DNA of 34,233 bases from Candidatus Krumholzibacteriia bacterium (GCA_046484865.1 JAWOID010000023.1:1-34233), one strand, 5' to 3'. Numbered from the stretch's first letter, positions 1 to 13,296 are shown. Made by a program: numbers and translations. The notes: generated by a model not told the origin, from the sequence alone.

Positions 1-65
1 GCTTCGCCATCCGCGAGGGCGGCCGTACCGTGGGCGCCGGCGTGGTGGCCAAGATCCTCCAGTAG
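1..65 (+). CDS. tuf: Elongation factor Tu, 3' end (partial)
   Basis: Frame from nt 3 reads FAIREGGRTVGAGVVAKILQ*, the conserved EF-Tu C-terminus; lies directly upstream of rpsJ. Confidence 0.97.
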   Translation, partial: FAIREGGRTVGAGVVAKILQ

Positions 66-225
66 GGCGGGAAGGCGCGGCGGCGGCCGGGGGTCGCCGC
101 CGGACCACGTGCTGGGGACCGGGGGCGACGCGACGCCGCCTCCGGGCAGCGACAGGTGAGCAGGCGCCGGGCTGCCGGCGAGGCCGCAGCGGCGATGCTG
201 GAGTAGCCATCGCGAAGGAGAATCC

Positions 226-534
226 GTGGCTCGTCAGAAGATCAAGATCAGGCTCAGGGCGTACGAGCCCGCGGTGCTCGACAAGAGCGCCGAGGTCATC
301 GTTTCGACGGCTCTGCGCACGGGCGCCCTGGTGAAGGGCCCAATCCCGCTGCCGACCTCGCGTACCTTCTACACGGTGCTGCGCTCGCCGCACGTGGACA
401 AGAAGTCGCGCGAGCAGTTCGAGATGCGGGTCCACAAGCGGCTGATCGAGATCGAGAACTCGACGCCGCAGACCACAGAGTTCCTGAAGAAGCTGACCTT
501 ACCCGCGAGCGTCGACGTGGAGATCCAGGTCTGA
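226..534 (+). CDS. rpsJ: 30S ribosomal protein S10
   Basis: KIRLRAY...GPIPLPT...[22 protein letters not shown] motifs; GTG start with SD GAAGGAG. Confidence 0.99.
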   Translation: MARQKIKIRLRAYEPAVLDKSAEVIVSTALRTGALVKGPIPLPTSRTFYTVLRSPHVDKKSREQFEMRVHKRLIEIENSTPQTTEFLKKLTLPASVDVEIQV

Positions 535-568
535 ACGCGTCCGCTGCGAGAGCGAGGGAGCAAGGACA

Positions 569-1189
569 ATGATCGGACTGATCGGCAAAAAGCTCGGCAT
601 GACCCGCCGCTTCATGGAGGACGGCCTGAGCGTCCCCGTGACCGTGATCCAGGCGGGACCCTGCGTGGTGACCCAGGTCAAGACAGCCGTCAGCGACGGG
701 TACCACGCGGTCCAGATCGGCTTCGGCAAGAAGAAGGCCAAGAACACGCCCATGCCCATGCAGGGACACTTCCGGAACGCCGGAACCGATCCCCTGCGCA
801 TGGTCCGCGAGTTCCGGCTCGACGACGCGCCGGCGTACAAGCTGGGTGATATGGTGGACGTGTCCATCCTCGCCGAGACGACCGCGGTCGACGTGACCGG
901 GGTCACGAAGGGGCGCGGTTTCTCGGGCACCATCAAGCGTCACAACCATCACCGCGGACCGGCCGGCCACGGTACCAAGAACGTTCGGGAGTCCGGCTCC
1001 ATCGGTATGCACACCGAGCCCGGCCGCGTGCTCAAGGGCAAGAAGATGGCGGGCCAGTACGGCGCGAAGCGCGAGACCAAGAAGAACCTGACGGTCGTGG
1101 CCGTGGACCGGGAGCGGAATCTGCTGCTGGTGAAGGGCAGCGTTCCCGGTCACAAGAACGGCTTCGTCTACATCCGGCCCAGCCGCTAG
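569..1189 (+). CDS. rplC: 50S ribosomal protein L3
   Basis: [34 protein letters not shown] motifs; operon position. Confidence 0.99.
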   Translation: MIGLIGKKLGMTRRFMEDGLSVPVTVIQAGPCVVTQVKTAVSDGYHAVQIGFGKKKAKNTPMPMQGHFRNAGTDPLRMVREFRLDDAPAYKLGDMVDVSILAETTAVDVTGVTKGRGFSGTIKRHNHHRGPAGHGTKNVRESGSIGMHTEPGRVLKGKKMAGQYGAKRETKKNLTVVAVDRERNLLLVKGSVPGHKNGFVYIRPSR

Positions 1190-1223
1190 TCGCGGGTCGC
1201 CGCCACGGCAGGAGAGAGTCGCT

Positions 1224-1859
1224 ATGGCAACGGCAAACCTCTACAGCAGCACGGGCGAGGTCAAGGGCACCGTGGACCTGCCGGAGCGCCTGTTCGCGCA
1301 GCCGGTCCACCGCCAGGCCCTCTACGAGGCCGTGCGCTGCTACCTGGCCAACCAGCGCCAGGGAACGCACTCGACCAAGACGCGGGCCGAGCTGCGCTAT
1401 TCCAAGTCGAAGCTCTTCCGGCAGAAGGGCACCGGCCGGGCGCGCATGGGTTCGGCGAACAGCCCCAGCCGGGTGGGCGGCGGCCGGGCGCACGGCCCCA
1501 AGCCGCGCGACTACAGCTACGTCCTGCCGCGCAAGATCAAGCGTCTGGCCCTGACCTCGGCGCTGAGCGACCGCGCCAGCTCCGAACGGGTCAGCGTGGT
1601 GGAGGACCTGAACCTGGACGCGCCGCGCACCAGGACCATGGCGGCCCTGCTGGGCGCCATGCCTCTCGCCGGCCGCCACACGCTGGTGGTGCTGCCGGGC
1701 GAGATCGAGTCCGACACGGTGTACCGGTCGCTGCGGAACCTGCGCGGCGTGCGCGTGCTGCGCAGCAACGAACTGAATGCCTACACGGTGCTCTGGGCCG
1801 ACAACCTGGTCTTCACCGAGAAGGCGCTGAGCGGGGCCGAGGAGGTGTTCGGGCGATGA
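1224..1859 (+). CDS. rplD: 50S ribosomal protein L4
   Basis: [35 protein letters not shown] motifs. Confidence 0.99.
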   Translation: MATANLYSSTGEVKGTVDLPERLFAQPVHRQALYEAVRCYLANQRQGTHSTKTRAELRYSKSKLFRQKGTGRARMGSANSPSRVGGGRAHGPKPRDYSYVLPRKIKRLALTSALSDRASSERVSVVEDLNLDAPRTRTMAALLGAMPLAGRHTLVVLPGEIESDTVYRSLRNLRGVRVLRSNELNAYTVLWADNLVFTEKALSGAEEVFGR

Positions 1860-2146
1860 AGGACCTGAGCAAGGTCGTACGGCGACCGATGATCACCGAA
1901 CGCGGCGCGGATCTGCGCGAGGCGAACAACCAGTTCGTCTTCGAGGTGGCTCCGGAGGCCAACAAGCACGAGATCAAGCAGGCGGTGGAGCACTACTTCG
2001 GCGTAAAGGTGCTTCAGGTCCGCACCATGAACTACCGCGGCAAGGTGAAGCGGCTCGGCCGCTTCTCGGGCAAGCGCGCCGACTGGAAGAAGGCTGTGGT
2101 CACCCTGGCCGAGGGCGACAACATCGATCTGTTCGACGTCGTCTAG
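1856..2146 (+). CDS. rplW: 50S ribosomal protein L23
   Basis: PMITE, FEVAPEANKHEIK, WKKAVVTL motifs; ATGA overlap with rplD. Confidence 0.99.
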   Translation: MKDLSKVVRRPMITERGADLREANNQFVFEVAPEANKHEIKQAVEHYFGVKVLQVRTMNYRGKVKRLGRFSGKRADWKKAVVTLAEGDNIDLFDVV

Positions 2147-2284
2147 GCCACGCCGGGGCCGCCCGGCCTGGATCCGGTCTGCAGTGTAGAGCTGCGGCGA
2201 GAGCCGGCGCCGATCGCCGGTGCCGCGGCTGCGAGACGAGCCCAGCCGCTCCGCGGCAGCGGGGCGCAGCAGGGGAGAAGACGG

Positions 2285-3115
<831 letters not shown>

Positions 3116-3176
3116 GCGCCCGGAACGGGGCCGTGGCGCCTCGCGGGGCGCAGGGCCAACGGAGGCTGAGAGAGGC

Positions 3177-3446
3177 ATGTCCAGATCGATCAAGAAGGGT
3201 CCGTTCGTCGACGGCCACTTGCTGGTGAAGGTGGAGACCCTCAACAGCAGGGGCGAGAAGCGCGTGATCAAGACCTGGTCGCGGCGCTCGACCATCGTGC
3301 CCGAATTCCTGGGCCACACCATTGCCGTGCACAACGGCAAGCAGTTCATCCCGGTGTACGTCCAGGAGAACATGGTGGGCCACAAGTTCGGCGAGTTCGC
3401 TCCCACCCGGACCTACCGGGGGCACACCAGCAAGAAGAAGAAGTAG
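3177..3446 (+). CDS. rpsS: 30S ribosomal protein S19
   Basis: [30 protein letters not shown] motifs. Confidence 0.99.
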   Translation: MSRSIKKGPFVDGHLLVKVETLNSRGEKRVIKTWSRRSTIVPEFLGHTIAVHNGKQFIPVYVQENMVGHKFGEFAPTRTYRGHTSKKKK

Positions 3447-3480
3447 CGGACCGCCACTGCGTCGGTTGGGGAGGTTTCTG

Positions 3481-3828
3481 ATGGAGGCACGAGCCGTGTC
3501 CCGCTACAACAGGATCTCGCCGCGCAAGGCCCGCCTCGTGGCGGACCTGGTGCGGGGCAAGAGCATCGCGGAGGCGCTGAGCATTCTCGCGCTGACGCCG
3601 CGCAAGGCCTCGCCGCTGCTGCGCAAGACGATCCTGTCGGCCGAGGCGAATGCTCGCGGCAAGTCCGAGGATGGAGCGCGGGTCGACCGCAAGCGGGTCT
3701 TCGTGAAGGAGATCCGCATCGACGAGGGACCCACGATGAAGCGGATCCGGCCGCGCGCGCAGGGGCGGGCCTACCGCATCCTGAAGCGGATGGCCCACAT
3801 CCAGGTGACCGTCGGCGACCGGGACTGA
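3481..3828 (+). CDS. rplV: 50S ribosomal protein L22
   Basis: RISPRKARLVADLVRG, DEGPTMKRIRPRAQGRA motifs; start trimmed to ATG 3481 behind SD GGAGG. Confidence 0.98.
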   Translation: MEARAVSRYNRISPRKARLVADLVRGKSIAEALSILALTPRKASPLLRKTILSAEANARGKSEDGARVDRKRVFVKEIRIDEGPTMKRIRPRAQGRAYRILKRMAHIQVTVGDRD

Positions 3829-3916
3829 TCGCTCGCGCGAACGCGGCCCGGCACCGGCCGGAACAGGCAGCGGCCCCGCGCGGGGCGAGAGCAGGGGAAC
3901 GAAGGAAGGAAGACCC

Positions 3917-4591
3917 ATGGGTCAGAAGACGCATCCGATCGGTTTCCGGCTGGGAATCGTCAAGGACTGGAACTCGACCTGGTTCACCGACCGGCACTAC
4001 GCCGACTGGCTGAACGAGGACCAGTTGCTGCGCAAGTACATCACGGCGCGCGTCGGCAACGCGGGGATCGACTCGATCAAGATCAAGCGGTTCCGCGAGA
4101 AGGTGAACATCATCGTCTCGACCAGCCGTCCCGGCGTGGTCATCGGCCGCAAGGGCGCGAAGGCGGACCAGCTGCGCGCCGAGTTGCAGAAGATGATCGG
4201 CAAGATGGTCAAGCTGGACATCGAGGAAGTCAAGAAGCCGGAGCTGAGCGCGAACCTGGTGGCCGAGCATATCGCGGTCCAGCTCGCCAGCCGTGTCTCG
4301 TTCCGTCGCGCCATGAAGAAGGCCATCGCCACCGCCATGCGCATGGGCGCCAAGGGCATCCGCGTGCGGTGCGCGGGGCGCCTGGGCGGCTCCGAGATGG
4401 CCCGCGTCGAGAGCTACGCGGACGGCAGTGTGCCCCTGCACACGCTGCGCGCGGACATCGACTACGGCACGGCCCTGGGCCGAAGCCAGTACGGATCGAT
4501 CGGCGTGAAGGTCTGGATCTGCAAGGGCGAGATCTTCCCGGCCGAGTTCAAGGAACAGCAGCGGTCGCAGGTGGTCAGGGACCGGGGCTGA
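3917..4591 (+). CDS. rpsC: 30S ribosomal protein S3
   Basis: [35 protein letters not shown] motifs. Confidence 0.99.
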   Translation: MGQKTHPIGFRLGIVKDWNSTWFTDRHYADWLNEDQLLRKYITARVGNAGIDSIKIKRFREKVNIIVSTSRPGVVIGRKGAKADQLRAELQKMIGKMVKLDIEEVKKPELSANLVAEHIAVQLASRVSFRRAMKKAIATAMRMGAKGIRVRCAGRLGGSEMARVESYADGSVPLHTLRADIDYGTALGRSQYGSIGVKVWICKGEIFPAEFKEQQRSQVVRDRG

Positions 4592-4651
4592 GCCGGTGAT
4601 GCAGCAGTGAGCCGGCAGCGCACCGCGCCCGGCCCGAGAGGACGATGAGCC

Positions 4652-5065
4652 ATGTTGATGCCGAAGCGCACCAAGTTCCGCAAGATGATGAAGGGGCGTC
4701 GCCGGGGCGTGGCGTACCGCGGCTCCCGGGTGGCCTTCGGGGACTTTGGCCTGCAGGCGATCGAAGCCGGCTGGATGAAGAGCCGGCAGATCGAGTCCGC
4801 CCGTGTGGCCATCACCCGCAAGATCAAGCGCATGGGCAACGTCTGGATCCGGGTGTTCCCCGACAAGCCGATCACGCTCAAGCCGGCGGAAACCCGCATG
4901 GGCAAGGGCAAGGGCGCCCCCGAGTACTGGGTGGCCGTGATCAAGCCGGGGCGGATCATCTACGAGATCAACGGCGTGAGCGAGGATCTCGCGAAGGAGG
5001 CCCTGCGCCTGGGTGCCTCGAAGCTGCCCTTCAAGACGCGCATCGTCAGCAGGCAGGCCGACTGA
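4652..5065 (+). CDS. rplP: 50S ribosomal protein L16
   Basis: [27 protein letters not shown] motifs. Confidence 0.99.
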   Translation: MLMPKRTKFRKMMKGRRRGVAYRGSRVAFGDFGLQAIEAGWMKSRQIESARVAITRKIKRMGNVWIRVFPDKPITLKPAETRMGKGKGAPEYWVAVIKPGRIIYEINGVSEDLAKEALRLGASKLPFKTRIVSRQAD

Positions 5066-5094
5066 TCGGCTGAGGCCAACGGGGAGACGGAGAG

Positions 5095-5298
5095 ATGAGG
5101 AAAGCCCACGATCTGCGCGACCTGCCGCTGGAGGAGCTCCAGGATCTGGAGCGCGAGAAGGCGGAGGAGCTGATGAACATGAGCCTGCGGCTCAGGTTGC
5201 AGCAGCTGGACAACCCGCTGCAGGTGCGCCTGGCACGCAAGGAGATCGCGGTCATCAAGACGGTGATCCGTCAGAAGAGGCAGGCGGCCGCCCAGTAG
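5095..5298 (+). CDS. rpmC: 50S ribosomal protein L29
   Basis: 67 aa helical protein with QLDNP...RKEIAVIKT; lies between rplP and rpsQ. Confidence 0.96.
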   Translation: MRKAHDLRDLPLEELQDLEREKAEELMNMSLRLRLQQLDNPLQVRLARKEIAVIKTVIRQKRQAAAQ

Positions 5299-5345
5299 GC
5301 GCCGGACCGGCACCGCCCGCGCACGCGGGTGGTCGAGGAGTAGGA

Positions 5346-5618
5346 ATGGGAGAACCCATGGTGAACGAGCGAAACCTGCGGGCCGTGCGGATCGGCCAGG
5401 TCGTCTCCGACAAGATGGACAAGACGGTGGTCGTGAAGATCAGCCGCCGCTTTCCGCACCCTCTGTACAAGCGGATCATCACGCGTACGTCCAAGCTCGT
5501 GGCCCACGACGAGGCCAACGAGTGCAAGGTCGGCGACGTGGTGAAGCTGATGTCCACCCGCCCACTGTCCAGGACCAAGCGCTGGCGGGTGGCGGAAATT
5601 CTGGAACGGGCGAAGTAG
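5346..5618 (+). CDS. rpsQ: 30S ribosomal protein S17
   Basis: [29 protein letters not shown] motifs; start is ATG 5346 or the in-frame ATG 5358. Confidence 0.97.
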   Translation: MGEPMVNERNLRAVRIGQVVSDKMDKTVVVKISRRFPHPLYKRIITRTSKLVAHDEANECKVGDVVKLMSTRPLSRTKRWRVAEILERAK

Positions 5619-5636
5619 GGCCCGGAGGAAGGCAAG

Positions 5637-6008
5637 ATGATCCAGGAGTACACGCGTCTCACCATCGCCGACAACTCCGGCGCCAAGGTGGCCCAGTGCA
5701 TCCGTGTCCTCGGCGGCACCGGACGGCGCTACGCGCGGGTGGGCGACGTCATCGTGGCCTCGGTGAAGTCGGCCATACCCAACGGGACGATCAAGAAGGG
5801 TCAGGTCGTGAAGTGCGTGATCGTGCGCACCCGCAAGGAGATCGGCCGGCGGGACGGGACGTACATCCGCTTCAGCGAGAACGCCGCGGTGATTCTCGAC
5901 AGCGAGGGCAAGGAGCCGGTCGGCACCCGTATCTTCGGACCCGTGGCTCGCGAGCTGCGCGAGAAGAAGTTCATGAAGATCGTCTCGCTCGCCCCGGAGG
6001 TGCTGTGA
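5637..6008 (+). CDS. rplN: 50S ribosomal protein L14
   Basis: [30 protein letters not shown] motifs. Confidence 0.99.
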   Translation: MIQEYTRLTIADNSGAKVAQCIRVLGGTGRRYARVGDVIVASVKSAIPNGTIKKGQVVKCVIVRTRKEIGRRDGTYIRFSENAAVILDSEGKEPVGTRIFGPVARELREKKFMKIVSLAPEVL

Positions 6009-6322
6009 TGCGCATCAAGAAGGGCGACAGGGTCCGGGTGGTCGCCGGCAACGACCGCGGCAAGGAGGGCCAGGTCCTGAAGGTCTTCCCCGATTCGGGG
6101 CGGATCATCGTGGAGAAGGTCAACCTGATCAAGCGGCACCAGAAGCCCTCGCGCTCCACCCCCCAGGGCGGGATCGTGGAGAAGGAGGGGACGATCAATG
6201 CGTCCAACGTGATGCTGGTCTGCCCGCAGACGGGCAAGTCGACCCGCATCGGCAAGGAGATCCTTTCCGACGGCAGCCGCGCGCGCGTGAGCAAGAAGAG
6301 CGGCGAGATGCTCGGCGACTGA
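6008..6322 (+). CDS. rplX: 50S ribosomal protein L24
   Basis: [24 protein letters not shown] motif, [13 protein letters not shown] overlap with rplN stop. Confidence 0.98.
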   Translation: MRIKKGDRVRVVAGNDRGKEGQVLKVFPDSGRIIVEKVNLIKRHQKPSRSTPQGGIVEKEGTINASNVMLVCPQTGKSTRIGKEILSDGSRARVSKKSGEMLGD

Positions 6323-6347
6323 CGCCGCGGCGGGAGGACGAGGACTG

Positions 6348-6965
6348 ATGGCGGAGAAGACGAAGACGAAGAAGAAGACCCAGGCCAAGCCCGAGGGCAA
6401 GGCCGTGTCGCGGAGCAAGTCGAACCCGGCCCGCATGCGCCTCGTGTACGAGGAGCAGGTGGTACCCGCGCTCCAGGAGAGGTTCGAGTACACGAGTTCC
6501 ATGCAGGTGCCGCGGCCGGTGAAGGTCGTGCTCAACATGGGTCTGGGGCGGGCCACGCAGAACCCCAAGATCCTGGAGAACGCCCTGGCCGATCTCGAGG
6601 TGATCACGGGGCAGAAGCCCGTCGCCACGCGAGCCAAGAAGAGCGTGTCGAACTTCAAGATCCGCACCGGCATGGAGATCGGCGCCCGGGTGACGCTGCG
6701 CCAGGACCGCATGTGGGAGTTCCTGGACCGCTTCATCAACGTGGCGCTGCCGCGCCTGCGCGACTTCCGCGGGGTCGGGACGCGGCTGAGCGGGGCCGGC
6801 GACTACACGCTGGGCCTCAAGGACCAGCTGATCTTTCCGGAGATCGACTACGACAAGGTGGACGAGCCGCGTGGCATGAACGTCACGATCGTGACCACCG
6901 CCAGAAACGACGAGGAAGGGCGCGAGTTGCTGCGGCTGCTGGGCATGCCTTTCCGGCGCTCGTAA
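6348..6965 (+). CDS. rplE: 50S ribosomal protein L5 (Lys-rich N-terminal extension)
   Basis: [35 protein letters not shown] motifs. Confidence 0.99.
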   Translation: MAEKTKTKKKTQAKPEGKAVSRSKSNPARMRLVYEEQVVPALQERFEYTSSMQVPRPVKVVLNMGLGRATQNPKILENALADLEVITGQKPVATRAKKSVSNFKIRTGMEIGARVTLRQDRMWEFLDRFINVALPRLRDFRGVGTRLSGAGDYTLGLKDQLIFPEIDYDKVDEPRGMNVTIVTTARNDEEGRELLRLLGMPFRRS

Positions 6966-6979
6966 ACGGAGGAGTAGCT

Positions 6980-7165
6980 TTGGCCAAGAAGTCGTTGATC
7001 GCCAAGGCCAACCGGCCGCCCAAGTTCAAGGTGAGGGCCTACACCCGCTGCCGGCGCTGCGGGCGGGCGCGGGCTTACATTCGCCGCTTCGGGCTCTGCC
7101 GCATCTGCTTCCGGGAGCTGGCCCTTCAGGGCTATCTGCCCGGAGTGAAGAAGGCTAGCTGGTAG
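6980..7165 (+). CDS. rpsN: 30S ribosomal protein S14, short zinc-binding type (type Z)
   Basis: TTG start after SD GGAGG; 61 aa, RCRRCGR...LCRICFRE...GVKKASW. Confidence 0.98.
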   Translation: MAKKSLIAKANRPPKFKVRAYTRCRRCGRARAYIRRFGLCRICFRELALQGYLPGVKKASW

Positions 7166-7214
7166 CGCCGTCGGGCGGACGGACTGACAACGAGCGATAA
7201 AGGGAGAACGAGCG

Positions 7215-7622
7215 ATGAGCATGACCGATCCCATCGCCGACATGCTGACCCGGATCCGCAACGGGATCCAGGCCGGGCACCGGAAGGTCGAGGTGCCGGC
7301 TTCCAACCTGAAGCTGGCGCTGGCCAACGTGCTGCTGGACCAGGGTTACCTGACGCGGATCGAGAAGACCGAGCAGGGCGGCAAGAGCATGATCCGGCTC
7401 ACGCTGAAGTACTACGATCGTGACGGTCGCAGGACCGGTGTGATCGAGGGCATCCGGCGGGTCAGCCGTCCGGGTCGCCGCATCTACTCCGGCAAGGGCG
7501 AAGTCCCGAGGGTCTGCGGCGGCTACGGCATCTCGATCGTGTCCACGAATCAGGGCGTCTTCACGGATCACCAGTGCCGCCGGCTCGGTGTGGGTGGCGA
7601 GGTGCTCTGCGAGGTCTGGTAG
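7215..7622 (+). CDS. rpsH: 30S ribosomal protein S8
   Basis: TDPIADMLTRIRN, RVSRPGRRIY, GGEVLCEVW motifs. Confidence 0.99.
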   Translation: MSMTDPIADMLTRIRNGIQAGHRKVEVPASNLKLALANVLLDQGYLTRIEKTEQGGKSMIRLTLKYYDRDGRRTGVIEGIRRVSRPGRRIYSGKGEVPRVCGGYGISIVSTNQGVFTDHQCRRLGVGGEVLCEVW

Positions 7623-7650
7623 GCCGCGCAGCAGGCAAGGAGCGAACAGC

Positions 7651-8190
7651 ATGTCGCGCGTAGGAAAGAACCCGATTCCGCTGCCTCAGGGCGTGACCTT
7701 CCACGTGGAGGACGACGAGGCGGTGGTCAAGGGCCCCCGGGGCGAGGTGCGCCAGCACATTCCGCCCGGCCTCACGTTCGAGGAGGCCGACGGCCAGTTG
7801 CTGGTGAAGCGGCCCGACGACAGCAAACCCATGAAGGCCCGGCACGGACTGGTGCGCGCCCTGGTGGCCAACCAGGTCACGGGCGTGACCGAAGGGTTCA
7901 CCCGCGTCCTGCAGATCGAGGGCGTGGGCTACCGGGCGGCCGTCAAGGACGGCGTGCTCGAGCTGTCGCTGCAGTTCAGCCATCCGGTGAACTACCCCGT
8001 CCCGGACGGCATCAGCATCGCCTGCCCGGAGCCCACCCGCATCGTGGTGTCCGGCTCCAGCAAGCAGCAGGTGGGCCAGGTCGCGGCCGAGATCCGCGCC
8101 TATCGCCCGCCTGAGCCCTACAAGGGCAAGGGCATCCGGTACGCGGACGAGGTGATCATCCGCAAGGCCGGCAAGGCCGCCAACAAGTAG
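7651..8190 (+). CDS. rplF: 50S ribosomal protein L6
   Basis: [28 protein letters not shown] motifs; ATG 7651 behind SD AAGGAG. Confidence 0.99.
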   Translation: MSRVGKNPIPLPQGVTFHVEDDEAVVKGPRGEVRQHIPPGLTFEEADGQLLVKRPDDSKPMKARHGLVRALVANQVTGVTEGFTRVLQIEGVGYRAAVKDGVLELSLQFSHPVNYPVPDGISIACPEPTRIVVSGSSKQQVGQVAAEIRAYRPPEPYKGKGIRYADEVIIRKAGKAANK

Positions 8191-8243
8191 CGGGACCCGA
8201 CGGTGCGGAGTTCGGCGTCCGCGCACGCGAGGAGACAGACGGC

Positions 8244-8618
8244 ATGAGCGAGTTCACGAAGACGCGGCGAACGGCCTGGCTGCAGCGCAAGCGGCGGGTG
8301 CGACGCAGGGTGCACGGCACCTCCGAGCGGCCGCGGCTGACGGTCTATCGCAGCAACCGGTTCATCTATGCCCAGGTCGTGGACGACGACCAGGGACGCA
8401 CGCTGGTCCATTTCGACAGCCGGCTGGCCGCGCCGGACGAGCTGCCCGAGGGCGTCGCCGGCAAGTGCGCCTCGGCGTACAGCGTGGGCAAGCAGCTGGC
8501 CCAGCGCGCTAAGGAGCGCGGGATCGAGAAGATCGTCTTCGACCGGAATGGTTACCTGTACCACGGGCGTGTCGCCGCCCTGGCGCGCGGCGCGCGCGAC
8601 GGGGGCCTGGAGTTCTGA
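8244..8618 (+). CDS. rplR: 50S ribosomal protein L18
   Basis: [31 protein letters not shown] motifs. Confidence 0.99.
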   Translation: MSEFTKTRRTAWLQRKRRVRRRVHGTSERPRLTVYRSNRFIYAQVVDDDQGRTLVHFDSRLAAPDELPEGVAGKCASAYSVGKQLAQRAKERGIEKIVFDRNGYLYHGRVAALARGARDGGLEF

Positions 8619-8659
8619 GTGGCGGCCGCCCAGGCGGCCGGGAACGGGAGCACGAATCG

Positions 8660-9442
8660 ATGGCGGATTTCGCAAACAACCCCAGAGGCGGAGCGCGACC
8701 GGGCGCGGGTCCCAATCGCCGGCGCGGTGGCGGACCGGGCGGACCGGGCGGACCGGGCGGGCCGGGCGGGCCGGGCGGAGCGCGGCGTGGACCGGGCCAG
8801 CGGGCCCGTGGCGAGCGCAGCGATCGCGACGGCGCGCAGCCTGAACTGCACGAGAACGTGATCAACATCAACCGCGTGGCCAAGGTGGTGAAGGGCGGCC
8901 GGCGCTTCAGCTTCAGCGCCATCGTCACCGTCGGCGACGGCAAGGGCAGCGTGGGCGTGGCCATGGGCAAGGCCAACGAGATCGCCGACGCCATCCGCAA
9001 GGGCAGCGAAGCCGCCCGGGCCGGGCAGATGAAGATCCCGATGCTGAACGAGACCATCCCTTACGAGGTGACCGGTCGGTTCGGCGCCAGTCGCGTGCTC
9101 CTGAAGCCGGCCATGCCGGGTACCGGGATCATCGCGGCGGGCGGGGTGCGCGCCATCCTGGAGGCGGCGGGGATCCGCAACATCCTCACCAAGCAGCTGG
9201 GCTCTCGCAATCCCAACAACGTGGTGAAGGCCACCATGGACGGGCTGCGCCAGCTGCGGTCGGCCGAGCAGTTCGCCGCCAAGCGGGGACTGACGGTGCC
9301 GCAGATGCTGGGCCTGCAGCGCGGCCGGAAGGCCGAGCAGGAAGCCGCCGCCGCCGGTGGCCAGGCGGCCGAGGCGACGCCCCCGGAGCAGCCGGCCCAG
9401 GCTCAGGAACCGCAGAGCCAGGAGACCCAGAGCCATGAGTGA
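8660..9442 (+). CDS. rpsE: 30S ribosomal protein S5 with long N- and C-terminal low-complexity extensions
   Basis: [37 protein letters not shown] motifs. Confidence 0.99.
   Translation: MADFANNPRGGARPGAGPNRRRGGGPGGPGGPGGPGGPGGARRGPGQRARGERSDRDGAQPELHENVININRVAKVVKGGRRFSFSAIVTVGDGKGSVGVAMGKANEIADAIRKGSEAARAGQMKIPMLNETIPYEVTGRFGASRVLLKPAMPGTGIIAAGGVRAILEAAGIRNILTKQLGSRNPNNVVKATMDGLRQLRSAEQFAAKRGLTVPQMLGLQRGRKAEQEAAAAGGQAAEATPPEQPAQAQEPQSQETQSHE
8729..8779 (+). repeat. In-frame 9-bp tandem repeat GGCGG(A/G)CCG, 5 full copies plus a partial, encoding (GGP)5 in rpsE
   Basis: Read directly: ggcggaccg x3, ggcgggccg x2, ggcgga. Confidence 0.92.
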
Positions 9443-9623
9443 CCGCAAGCTGAAGATCAAGCAGGTGCGCAGCGTCATCGGACGCCCGGAGAAGCACCGC
9501 CGGGTCATCGCATCCCTCGGGCTGCGTCATCACCAGGCGGTGGTCGTCCACGACGACACGCCGGCGATCCGTGGCATGATCCACAAGGTCCGGCATCTCG
9601 TGACCGTGGAAGAGGTGGAGTAG
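9435..9623 (+). CDS. rpmD: 50S ribosomal protein L30
   Basis: [11 protein letters not shown]...LGLR...[19 protein letters not shown] 9435 overlaps the rpsE end. Confidence 0.98.
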   Translation: MSDRKLKIKQVRSVIGRPEKHRRVIASLGLRHHQAVVVHDDTPAIRGMIHKVRHLVTVEEVE

Positions 9624-9627
9624 CAAG

Positions 9628-10077
9628 ATGCTGAAGCTCAACGACATCCGGGCCCCGCGGGGGGCGAACCGCGACACCAAGCGGCGTGGTCGCGGTCCTG
9701 GTTCCGGCCAGGGCAAGACAGGTGGCCGCGGGCACAAGGGCCAGAAGGCCCGCTCCGGCGGCGGCATTCCGCCCTGGTTCGAGGGCGGACAGATGCCGCT
9801 GAACCGGCGGGTGCCCAAGCGCGGCTTCACCAACATCTTCAAGAAGGAATTCCAGCTGGTGAACCTCGACCAGCTCGACGCCCGCTTCGAGTCGGGCGCC
9901 AGCGTGAACGCCGGGGAACTGGCGGCGGTGGGGCTGGTCAAGTACGCCGACCGGCCGGTGAAGCTGCTGGCCCGCGGCGAGGTCACGAAGTCCCTGACCA
10001 TCGAGGTCGATCGCGCCAGCCAGGCCGCCGTGAAGGCAGTGGAGGCTGCGGGCGGCTCGGTGAGCGTCAAGAGCTAG
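9628..10077 (+). CDS. rplO: 50S ribosomal protein L15
   Basis: GRGPGSGQGKTGGRGHKGQKAR, FEGGQMPL, PKRGF motifs. Confidence 0.99.
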   Translation: MLKLNDIRAPRGANRDTKRRGRGPGSGQGKTGGRGHKGQKARSGGGIPPWFEGGQMPLNRRVPKRGFTNIFKKEFQLVNLDQLDARFESGASVNAGELAAVGLVKYADRPVKLLARGEVTKSLTIEVDRASQAAVKAVEAAGGSVSVKS

Positions 10078-10113
10078 CGGCGGCGGTCACGTCGAACCAA
10101 AGGAAGCAGAGCG

Positions 10114-11409
<1,296 letters not shown>

Positions 11410-11414
11410 GGCGA

Positions 11415-12062
11415 ATGAACGTGATCATCATGGGACCTCCCGGGTGTGGCAAGGGAACGCAGGCGGCCACGATCATCGATCTGCTGGGCGTGGTGCACAT
11501 CTCGACCGGCGACATGCTGCGCGCGGCGGTCGGTAGCGGGTCGGAGCTGGGGCACCGGGTGCAGGACGTGATGAACCGCGGCGAGCTGGTGAGCGACGAC
11601 CTGATGATGGAGATCATCCGGGACCGTCTCCAGCAAGACGACGCCCGCGAGCGGGGCTGGCTGCTGGACGGCTTCCCGCGGACCCTGCCGCAGGCAGACG
11701 GCCTGATGGAACTGCTCGAGAAGATCGACCAGTCGGTGGGCGCGGTGATCTCGCTCGAGGTCCCGGACGAGGAGATCGTGCGGCGCCTGAGCGGCCGGCT
11801 CACTTGCCGGTCCTGCGGCTTCGTCACCCATCGCGATGCGGTGGATCCGGCGCGGCCCGAGCTCTGCCCTCGCTGCGGCGAGCCGGGGCTGTATCAGCGC
11901 GAGGACGATACCGAGGCGACCGTGCGGAACCGGCTGCAGGTCTACCGCACCAAGACGTACCCGGCGGCGGCGCGGCTGGGAGAGAAGTACCCGCTGCACC
12001 GGATCGACGGTACCGGCGCGCCGCAGGATGTCTCGCAGCGGATCCGGACGGTCCTGGCCTGA
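11415..12062 (+). CDS. adk: Adenylate kinase with zinc-type LID
   Basis: GPPGCGKGTQ P-loop, HISTGDMLR, LDGFPRT; LID has CRSC...CPRC. Confidence 0.98.
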   Translation: MNVIIMGPPGCGKGTQAATIIDLLGVVHISTGDMLRAAVGSGSELGHRVQDVMNRGELVSDDLMMEIIRDRLQQDDARERGWLLDGFPRTLPQADGLMELLEKIDQSVGAVISLEVPDEEIVRRLSGRLTCRSCGFVTHRDAVDPARPELCPRCGEPGLYQREDDTEATVRNRLQVYRTKTYPAAARLGEKYPLHRIDGTGAPQDVSQRIRTVLA

Positions 12063-12112
12063 CACGGGCGGCGCCGGATGACGACCGCGGCCGGGCGGAA
12101 GGCGGACTGGGA

Positions 12113-12886
12113 GTGAGCGTGTCCTGGAACAGGCAGAACATTCGCCTGAAGACGCCCGGGGAGATCGAGCTGATGGCCCGGAGCGCGGCGGTGCTGGTGG
12201 ATGTGTTCCGGCAGGTCCGGGACCGCATCGAACCGGGAGTGACCACGGCGGAACTGGACGCGCTCGTCGAGAGGCTGATCCTCGACGCGGGCTGCATCCC
12301 GTCGTTCAAGGGCTACAACGGGTTTCCCGCGTCGGCCTGCATCTCGGTGAACGAGGAGGTGGTCCACGGGATCCCCTCCGGGCGCGCGCTGCGCGAGGGC
12401 GACATCGTGGGCGTGGACATCGGCGTGATCCGGGACGGCTGGCACGCGGACAGCGCGGAGACCTTCCCGGTGGGCGAGGTGGACGCGGAGGCGGCGCGCC
12501 TGCTGAAAGTCACCCGCGAGTGCCTCGAGAAGGGCATCGCGGAGGTGAAGCCGGGGCAGCGGCTGTCGGCGATCGGCACCACGATCGAGCGCCACGCCCG
12601 CGCCAGCGGCTTCGCGGTGGTGGAATCGCTGGTGGGACACGGGATCGGGCGCGACCTGCACGAGGATCCGCAGGTCCCGAACTACCGGTGCTTCACCGCG
12701 CCGGACCCGGTCATGGAGGAGGGGCTGGTCATCGCCATCGAGCCGATGATCAACCAGGGAATCAAGCGCGTGGTGACGCTGCGCGACGAGTGGACCGTGG
12801 TCACCGCGGATCGCAAGCTTTCGGCGCACTTCGAGCACACCGTCGCGGTCACGGCTGACGGCGCCAGCGTGCTCACGGCCCGGTAG
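12113..12886 (+). CDS. map: Type I methionine aminopeptidase
   Basis: [34 protein letters not shown] motifs; start estimated at GTG 12113. Confidence 0.97.
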   Translation: MSVSWNRQNIRLKTPGEIELMARSAAVLVDVFRQVRDRIEPGVTTAELDALVERLILDAGCIPSFKGYNGFPASACISVNEEVVHGIPSGRALREGDIVGVDIGVIRDGWHADSAETFPVGEVDAEAARLLKVTRECLEKGIAEVKPGQRLSAIGTTIERHARASGFAVVESLVGHGIGRDLHEDPQVPNYRCFTAPDPVMEEGLVIAIEPMINQGIKRVVTLRDEWTVVTADRKLSAHFEHTVAVTADGASVLTAR

Positions 12887-12914
12887 GGTACGGCGCCAGG
12901 GGAGAGAGCAGAGG

Positions 12915-13133
12915 ATGGCGAAGGAAGAGGGAATCAGCGTCGAGGGAACGGTCATCGAGGCCCTGCCCAACGCCATGTTCCGGGTGGAACTCGAGAACAA
13001 GCACGTGGTTCTGGCCCATGTCTCGGGCAAGATGCGCATGCATTTCATCAGGATCCTGCCCGGCGACAAGGTCACGGTCGAGCTTTCCCCGTACGACTTG
13101 ACGCGTGGTCGGATCACCTACCGGTACAAGTGA
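12915..13133 (+). CDS. infA: Translation initiation factor IF-1
   Basis: [32 protein letters not shown] motifs. Confidence 0.99.
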   Translation: MAKEEGISVEGTVIEALPNAMFRVELENKHVVLAHVSGKMRMHFIRILPGDKVTVELSPYDLTRGRITYRYK

Positions 13134-13182
13134 GACCGGCGGGAGCGTGGATGGGCCGTGTGCCGGCCCCGGAGGAGGCAGC

Positions 13183-13296
13183 ATGAAAGTCCGTGGATCC
13201 GTGAAGAAGATCTGCCCCAAGTGCAAGATCATCCGCCGCGAGGGCGTGGTGCGGGTGATCTGCATCAACCGCCGGCACAACCAGCGGCAGGGTTGA
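13183..13296 (+). CDS. rpmJ: 50S ribosomal protein L36 (zinc-binding type)
   Basis: [37 protein letters not shown], 37 aa; SD GGAGG. Confidence 0.98.
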   Translation: MKVRGSVKKICPKCKIIRREGVVRVICINRRHNQRQG

